Below, piece after piece: positions 6,837 through 11,421 of a stretch of 11,421 bases of DNA. The stretch is taken from NCBI GenBank assembly GCA_046483495.1, contig JAWODC010000008.1, positions 1-11,421 of the forward strand, in the 5' to 3' direction. Made by a program: the position numbers and the translations under genes. The notes beneath the pieces were generated by a model. The model saw only the letters and a list, made by a program, of their open reading frames with translations, was not told the DNA's origin and did not search any database. Position 1 is the stretch's first letter. Each line of letters opens with the position of its first letter. This stretch comes from Desulfobacterales bacterium (GTDB lineage Bacteria > Desulfobacterota > Desulfobacteria > Desulfobacterales > UBA5616).

Positions 6837-6989
6837 ATGAACTCCGTAAGGATGACATTTACCATAATGCTGCTGCCGTTTAGCCGTGCAGCGGCAGTTG
6901 CCTGGATTGCTGAAAGTGCGCCAGGACAGCTGAAGAGGGCGGACCGCGCAACTGGAGAGCCGCCGGTGAAAATGAGAAACACGGTATAA
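6837..6989 (+). CDS. Possible small ORF (50 aa) with a hydrophobic N-terminus
   Basis: MNSVRMTFTIMLLPFSRAAAVAWIAESAPG…RNTV*, preceded by AAGGGGGT. It stops 4 nt before the ZIP start. No family recognised. Confidence 0.3.
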   Translation: MNSVRMTFTIMLLPFSRAAAVAWIAESAPGQLKRADRATGEPPVKMRNTV

Positions 6990-6993
6990 TTGG

Positions 6994-7722
6994 ATGGCTG
7001 AATTCACGACATTTACCTGGATTGCAATATTCGCAATTGGTGCAGCCATCTTTAATGGTTTAGGAATTTTTGCTGTCTACAAACATAAAGAATTTGCTCA
7101 AAAAGCTAAAGTTTATTTGATGTGTTTTGCAGCCGGTGTATTGATATCTGTACCCTTAACGTTCGCCCTGCCTAATGCTCTACAGAAAAATGCCTATGCC
7201 GGGTTCGCGGCTCTTATGGGATTTCTATTCATGTTTTTTAGTAATGAAATCATAAAAAATAAAACCAAACGGAAAACACTGGCTTTTGGCATTACCGCCG
7301 CAGAAGGGATTGGAATTCATTCTTTTATGGACGGCATTATTTATGCAGTAACTTTTAGTGCCAGCATTGCTATAGGTATTCTGTCCGGAATAGGTTTAGT
7401 GGTTCACGAGTTTGCGGAAGGAGTCGTAACCTTCTCAATCCTGATTAAAAGCGGGATTAGGGAGAAAAAGGCAGCTCTATATTCTCTATTCATAGCCTCA
7501 TTAACTACTCCTATAGCAGCTTTCATTGCTTATCCATTCGTAAACCGATTGAGCAGTTCTGTTTTAGGGATTGCTCTTGGATTTGTAGTGGGGGTTTTAA
7601 TTTATGTTTCAGCGTCACACCTTTTACCGGAAGCTCAAGAGCAGGGAAAAGAGCATTCTATTCTCGCTTTCCTGGCAGGAGTCGCCCTGGCCTTATTCAT
7701 TGTCTTTACTAAACTGGTCTAA
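6994..7722 (+). CDS. ZIP (ZupT/GufA) family divalent metal transporter
   Basis: Polytopic hydrophobic protein with FAAGVLI, TM4 HSFMDG, TM5 HEFAEG and LIYVSASHLLPEA motifs. AT-rich. Confidence 0.92.
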   Translation: MAEFTTFTWIAIFAIGAAIFNGLGIFAVYKHKEFAQKAKVYLMCFAAGVLISVPLTFALPNALQKNAYAGFAALMGFLFMFFSNEIIKNKTKRKTLAFGITAAEGIGIHSFMDGIIYAVTFSASIAIGILSGIGLVVHEFAEGVVTFSILIKSGIREKKAALYSLFIASLTTPIAAFIAYPFVNRLSSSVLGIALGFVVGVLIYVSASHLLPEAQEQGKEHSILAFLAGVALALFIVFTKLV

Positions 7723-7867
7723 CGTATTCAAATAAGGTTTAAAACCAGAAAGATACATTTGATCATCCATTCACGGGCTGATCACGACAAGGTATCTTAA
7801 AAAAGATATTTCCAATCAAGATCAAGACGGAACCTATTGGGGTCGATCCATTTTAAGGAGCATCGTC

Positions 7868-10129
7868 ATGATGTATAAAAAAGAATCCCTCCGGTATCAT
7901 CAATACCCCCGGCCGGGGAAAATTGAAGTCGTGCCCACCAAGCCCTGCCTTTCCCAATCCGATCTCAGTCTGGCTTATACGCCGGGGGTGGCCGTGCCAT
8001 GCCTCGAAATTCAACAAGAAAAGGACCGGTCCTTCGATTATACCGGCCGGGGCAACCTGGTGGCGGTCATCACCAACGGCACCGCTGTACTGGGACTGGG
8101 CAACATCGGCCCACTGGCGGCAAAGCCGGTCATGGAAGGCAAGGCGGTGCTGTTCAAACGGTTTGCCAATCTAGACGTCTTCGACATCGAGGTCAATACA
8201 GAAGACCCGGATGAGTTTATCCGGACCGTCAAGCTGCTCGAACCCACCTTCGGCGGCATCAATCTGGAAGACATCAAGGCGCCGGATTGCTTCTATATCG
8301 AAGAGCAGCTGATCCGGTACATGTCCATACCGGTTTTTCACGACGACCAGCACGGCACCGCCATCATATCGGGTGCAGCTTTGCTGAATGCCTGTTTTCT
8401 GACCGAAAGGAAAATGGCTGATCTGCGGATCGTCATCAGTGGCGCGGGGGCCGCCGCCATCGCCTGCGGCAATATGTATATCCGCCTGGGTGCCCGCCGG
8501 GAAAATATCATTTTTGCCGATTCCAAGGGGGTGATCTACAAAGGCCGGCCCCACGGCATGAATCCCTATAAGGAGGCCTTTGCCGCCGATACCCCTTTAA
8601 GGACGCTTACCGAGGCGGTCCGGGACGCGGACGTTTTGGTCGGCCTGTCGGTCAAAGGGGCTTTCACGCCGGAGATGATCGCCCGGATGACCCCTCACCC
8701 GATCATATTCGCTTTGGCCAACCCTGAACCCGAAATCGACTATGACCTGGCCAAAGAAGTGCGCCCGGACGGCATCATCGCCACCGGCCGTTCGGATTTT
8801 CCCAACCAGGTCAATAACGTCCTTGGTTTTCCATTTATTTTCCGCGGGGCACTGGATGTACGCGCCACCACCATCAATGAGGAGATGAAAACCGCTGCCG
8901 TCCGGGCCCTGGCGGAAACGGCCAGGGAAGATGTTCCCGATTCCGTGATTCGGGCCTACGGGGGGCGCCCGATCCAATTCGGCCCTGATTACATCATCCC
9001 CAAGCCCCTGGACCCGCGCATGCTGTTGAAAGTCCCCCCGGCGGTGGCGGAAGCGGCGGTAAAGAGCGGTGTCGCCCGTATGGAGCTGCCGGGCCGAACG
9101 GAATACATACAGGTGTTGGAAGCCATGCTGGGAGCGGAGCGGGAGATTATGCGCAAGATGAACACACGGGCCCAGCAAAGCCCCAAGCGGATCGTGCTGC
9201 CCGAGGGCAGAAGCCCGGTTATTATCAGGGCCGCCGTTCATGCCCGCAATGAAGGCATCGCCCATCCGATTCTGATTTGTACCCATAGTGATGAGATCTA
9301 CGGCCCGGCCCAAGAAATGCACCTCGACCTGAACGGCATCGAAGTCATCGAAAACCAGAAAAGTCCGCTGATGGACGCGTTTGTCGACAAATTGTTTAAG
9401 AAACGCTCCCGCAAGGGTTGGTCCATGGCGGAAACCCGCCGGCAGTTGCGCAGCCGATATCTCTTCGGAGCCATGATGATCAGCGAAGGGCTGGCCGACG
9501 GGCAAGTCCACGGCATCGAGTGCTATTACAATTATGCCATCCGTCCGATCGTGTGGACCATCCCCCTGAAACCCGGCATCTCGAAACTCTCAGGGCTTTA
9601 CTTGATGATCTGCCGGGACCGCTCCCTGCTGTTTGCCGATACCACCGTCAATATCCATCCCACGGCCGAAGATCTGGCGGAAATCGCCCTGCAGTCCGCG
9701 GACATGGCCCGTTTTTTCGACATCCATCCCCGGGTCGCGATGCTCTCTTTTTCAAATTTCGGGAGCACCCAACATCCGGATACGCTGCGGGTCAAGGAAG
9801 CGGTCGAAATAGTGCACGCTAAAAATCCGGATCTGGCCATCGATGGTGAAATGCAGGCCGATACCGCCGTAAACGAAGAAACGCTCATGAACGTGTATCC
9901 TTTCAACCGGCTGGGCGGGGCGGCCAATGTTTTGATCTTTCCGGAACTGGCCAGCGGCAATATCGCCTACAAGCTTTTGGAACGGCTGGGTGGCGCCAAG
10001 GCGGTCGGCCCTCTCTTGATGGGCATCAGCAAACCCTTCAACGTACTGCCGCGGGGAACGGATATGGAGAATGTGGTCAACGTTATCGGGATTACGGTGG
10101 TGCAGGCTCAGGAAATGATGGGGCGTTAG
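7868..10129 (+). CDS. maeB: NADP-dependent malic enzyme with C-terminal phosphotransacetylase-like domain
   Basis: [69 protein letters not shown], then the PTA-like region ([25 protein letters not shown]). SD AAGGAG at 7855-7860. Confidence 0.97.
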   Translation: MMYKKESLRYHQYPRPGKIEVVPTKPCLSQSDLSLAYTPGVAVPCLEIQQEKDRSFDYTGRGNLVAVITNGTAVLGLGNIGPLAAKPVMEGKAVLFKRFANLDVFDIEVNTEDPDEFIRTVKLLEPTFGGINLEDIKAPDCFYIEEQLIRYMSIPVFHDDQHGTAIISGAALLNACFLTERKMADLRIVISGAGAAAIACGNMYIRLGARRENIIFADSKGVIYKGRPHGMNPYKEAFAADTPLRTLTEAVRDADVLVGLSVKGAFTPEMIARMTPHPIIFALANPEPEIDYDLAKEVRPDGIIATGRSDFPNQVNNVLGFPFIFRGALDVRATTINEEMKTAAVRALAETAREDVPDSVIRAYGGRPIQFGPDYIIPKPLDPRMLLKVPPAVAEAAVKSGVARMELPGRTEYIQVLEAMLGAEREIMRKMNTRAQQSPKRIVLPEGRSPVIIRAAVHARNEGIAHPILICTHSDEIYGPAQEMHLDLNGIEVIENQKSPLMDAFVDKLFKKRSRKGWSMAETRRQLRSRYLFGAMMISEGLADGQVHGIECYYNYAIRPIVWTIPLKPGISKLSGLYLMICRDRSLLFADTTVNIHPTAEDLAEIALQSADMARFFDIHPRVAMLSFSNFGSTQHPDTLRVKEAVEIVHAKNPDLAIDGEMQADTAVNEETLMNVYPFNRLGGAANVLIFPELASGNIAYKLLERLGGAKAVGPLLMGISKPFNVLPRGTDMENVVNVIGITVVQAQEMMGR

Positions 10130-10316
10130 GATCGCTGGCTATCCTCACCAGAAAAAGCATGACGGGGACCTCCACCAGAACGCCGACAATCGTCGCCGGG
10201 ACAGCAGGAGAAGCCTGCCCGGACAGGGTGCCGGCAACGGCCGCGGCCGATTGGAAAAAATTCGAACTGCCGGCCATGCCGCCGGGTGCGGCGATTTCAT
10301 GGGGTATTTTCAACCA
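10130..10316 (-). pseudogene. acr3: 3' remnant of an Acr3 arsenite efflux permease
   Basis: [28 protein letters not shown]…[20 protein letters not shown] corresponds to the Acr3 C-terminal motifs ASNFFELAVAVA and [11 protein letters not shown]. Only about 60 codons remain, with substitutions at normally conserved sites (E to Q in NFFE). Confidence 0.85.
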
Positions 10317-10368
10317 TATTTCGATATTTCTAAAAATATAGTTGATTAATTCCGGCATATGGTATATT
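10316..10368 (+). promoter_or_regulatory. Candidate ArsR operator and arsR promoter
   Basis: Imperfect palindrome ATATTTCGATATTTCTAAAAATAT (10316-10339), TTGATT (10342-10347) and extended -10 TGgTATATT (10360-10368) ending 8 nt before ATG 10377, consistent with a leaderless mRNA. Confidence 0.5.
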
Positions 10369-10376
10369 CGTGCCTT

Positions 10377-10697
10377 ATGAAATACGAGGATAAAAGAGCG
10401 GCCGAGCTGCTGAATCAGCTCGGATATGTCACCCGGCTTAAAATAGTACGCGTGCTGGTGCGGGCCGGATTTTCCGGGATGCCGGTGGGCGAAATCCGGA
10501 AAAAGCTCGGGATTCCAAACTCCACCCTGTCTCATCATCTGAATCATTTAAAACGGGTGGGCCTGATCCGGCAGGAACGCGAAGGCACCGTTCTGAGGTG
10601 CTTTGTGGATTATGAAATAATTTTCGATATCGTCCGGTTTCTTACCGAAGAATGCTGTTCGGGGGACCCGATCAAAATAACTGAAAAGCCGGTTTAG
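10377..10697 (+). CDS. arsR: ArsR/SmtB family repressor with a C-terminal vicinal Cys pair
   Basis: [19 protein letters not shown]...[15 protein letters not shown]...GLI...REG...FLTEECC. ATG 10377 is preferred to the listed start at 10359, which overlaps the -10 box. Confidence 0.9.
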   Translation: MKYEDKRAAELLNQLGYVTRLKIVRVLVRAGFSGMPVGEIRKKLGIPNSTLSHHLNHLKRVGLIRQEREGTVLRCFVDYEIIFDIVRFLTEECCSGDPIKITEKPV

Positions 10698-10715
10698 GGC
10701 GGATTTTTTTGGCCT

Positions 10716-10726
10716 ATATTTCTAAA
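10716..10726 (+). promoter_or_regulatory. Possible second ArsR box upstream of arsM
   Basis: ATATTTCTAAA is identical to 10324-10334 within the candidate operator. Confidence 0.35.
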
Positions 10727-10756
10727 TTACCGGCAAAACAAAAATTGGAGGATGCA

Positions 10757-11323
10757 ATGCCGTTGAAAATCGACGATCCTATTCGAAAAGCAGTCCGGGA
10801 CGTCTACGCCAGGATTGCACCATCCCAGGGTCTTCCGCCTGCAAAAGCAGAAGGCGGTTCCTGCTGCGGAATCCTGGAATCACCGCCTGAAAAAAGTGCC
10901 GCCTGCTGCACTGCCGGTCCTTCCGCCAATACCGGTTCCGGCCTTGGATGCGGCAACCCCATGGCAATCGCCTCGCTCGAGCCCGGCGAAGTCGTCGTGG
11001 ATCTTGGATGTGGAGGAGGGTTCGACTGTTTCCCGGCGGCTGAAAAGGCAGGGGCCTCGGGCAGGGTCATCGGCGTGGATATGACGCCGGATATGATAGC
11101 AAAGGCCCGGTCCAATTTGCATAAAACCGCGGCAAAGAATATTGAATTCAGGCTGGGCGAGATCGAACATCTGCCCATTGGGGATAATACTGCGGATGTC
11201 ATTATTTCAAACTGTGTGATCAATCTCGCCCCTGACAAATCGGCCGTCTACAGGGAAGCCTTCCGGGTACTGAAGCCGGGCGGAAGGATAGCCGTTGCCG
11301 ACACCGTGGCGAGGAAACCCCTA
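10757..11323 (+). pseudogene. arsM: Arsenite S-adenosylmethionine methyltransferase, apparently damaged and 3'-truncated
   Basis: Not in the ORF track because there is no stop inside the window. GGAGG SD at 10747-10751, ATG at 10757. Motifs: VRDVYARIA, two CC pairs, GLGCGNP, DLGCGGGFDCF, VIGVDMTP, EFRLGEIEHLP, DVIISNCVINL, EAFRVLKPGGR. Homology is lost after RKPL, although the frame stays open to the window end. Confidence 0.85.
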
Positions 11324-11421
11324 GCGTCACTGTCTTTCAGATGCACGGTGTGTCTGGGGATATCGAAGGTATCAATCACGGTTTCAAGGAAAAGGGAAAG
11401 TGGATTGGTCGCAAGGGTCTT
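11323..11421 (-). other. Possible fragment of an unrelated convergent gene (KTLATNPLSLFLETVIDTFDIPRHTVHLKDSDA)
   Basis: Open, protein-like minus-strand frame entering from the window edge and meeting arsM where its homology stops. Confidence 0.3.

Noticed and set aside
7923..9960. Alternative ORFs within maeB
   Set aside because: Shadow frames of a well-supported gene.
10092..10547. 151-aa minus-strand ORF as an intact gene
   Set aside because: A chimera of antisense arsR, operator DNA, the acr3 remnant and antisense maeB.

Overview
Mosaic accessory region, probably from an anaerobic hydrocarbon-degrading Desulfobacterota genome (inferred from gene content). From left to right: (1) the 3' end of an AT-rich polymorphic toxin gene with a TNT (DUF4237) NAD+ glycohydrolase tip, followed by a 60-aa putative immunity gene; (2) a 59-codon copy of only the glycyl-radical domain of alkylsuccinate synthase, with its own terminator; (3) an IS1634-family element; (4) a MITE-like element with 28-bp inverted ends, a partial type I-C CRISPR-like repeat and a second degenerate MITE copy; (5) a full-length, stand-alone alkylsuccinate synthase alpha subunit gene (assA/masD); (6) a ZIP metal transporter; (7) maeB; (8) a decaying arsenic locus (acr3 remnant, arsR, damaged arsM). 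The most interesting signal is the small AssA C-terminal module. It starts at an ATG exactly where GrcA/YfiD homology to pyruvate formate-lyase begins, so it may be a 'spare part' for a fumarate-adding enzyme. It could equally be a truncated paralog left by mobile elements. Family assignments come from motif recognition and recalled reference sequences, not from database searches.
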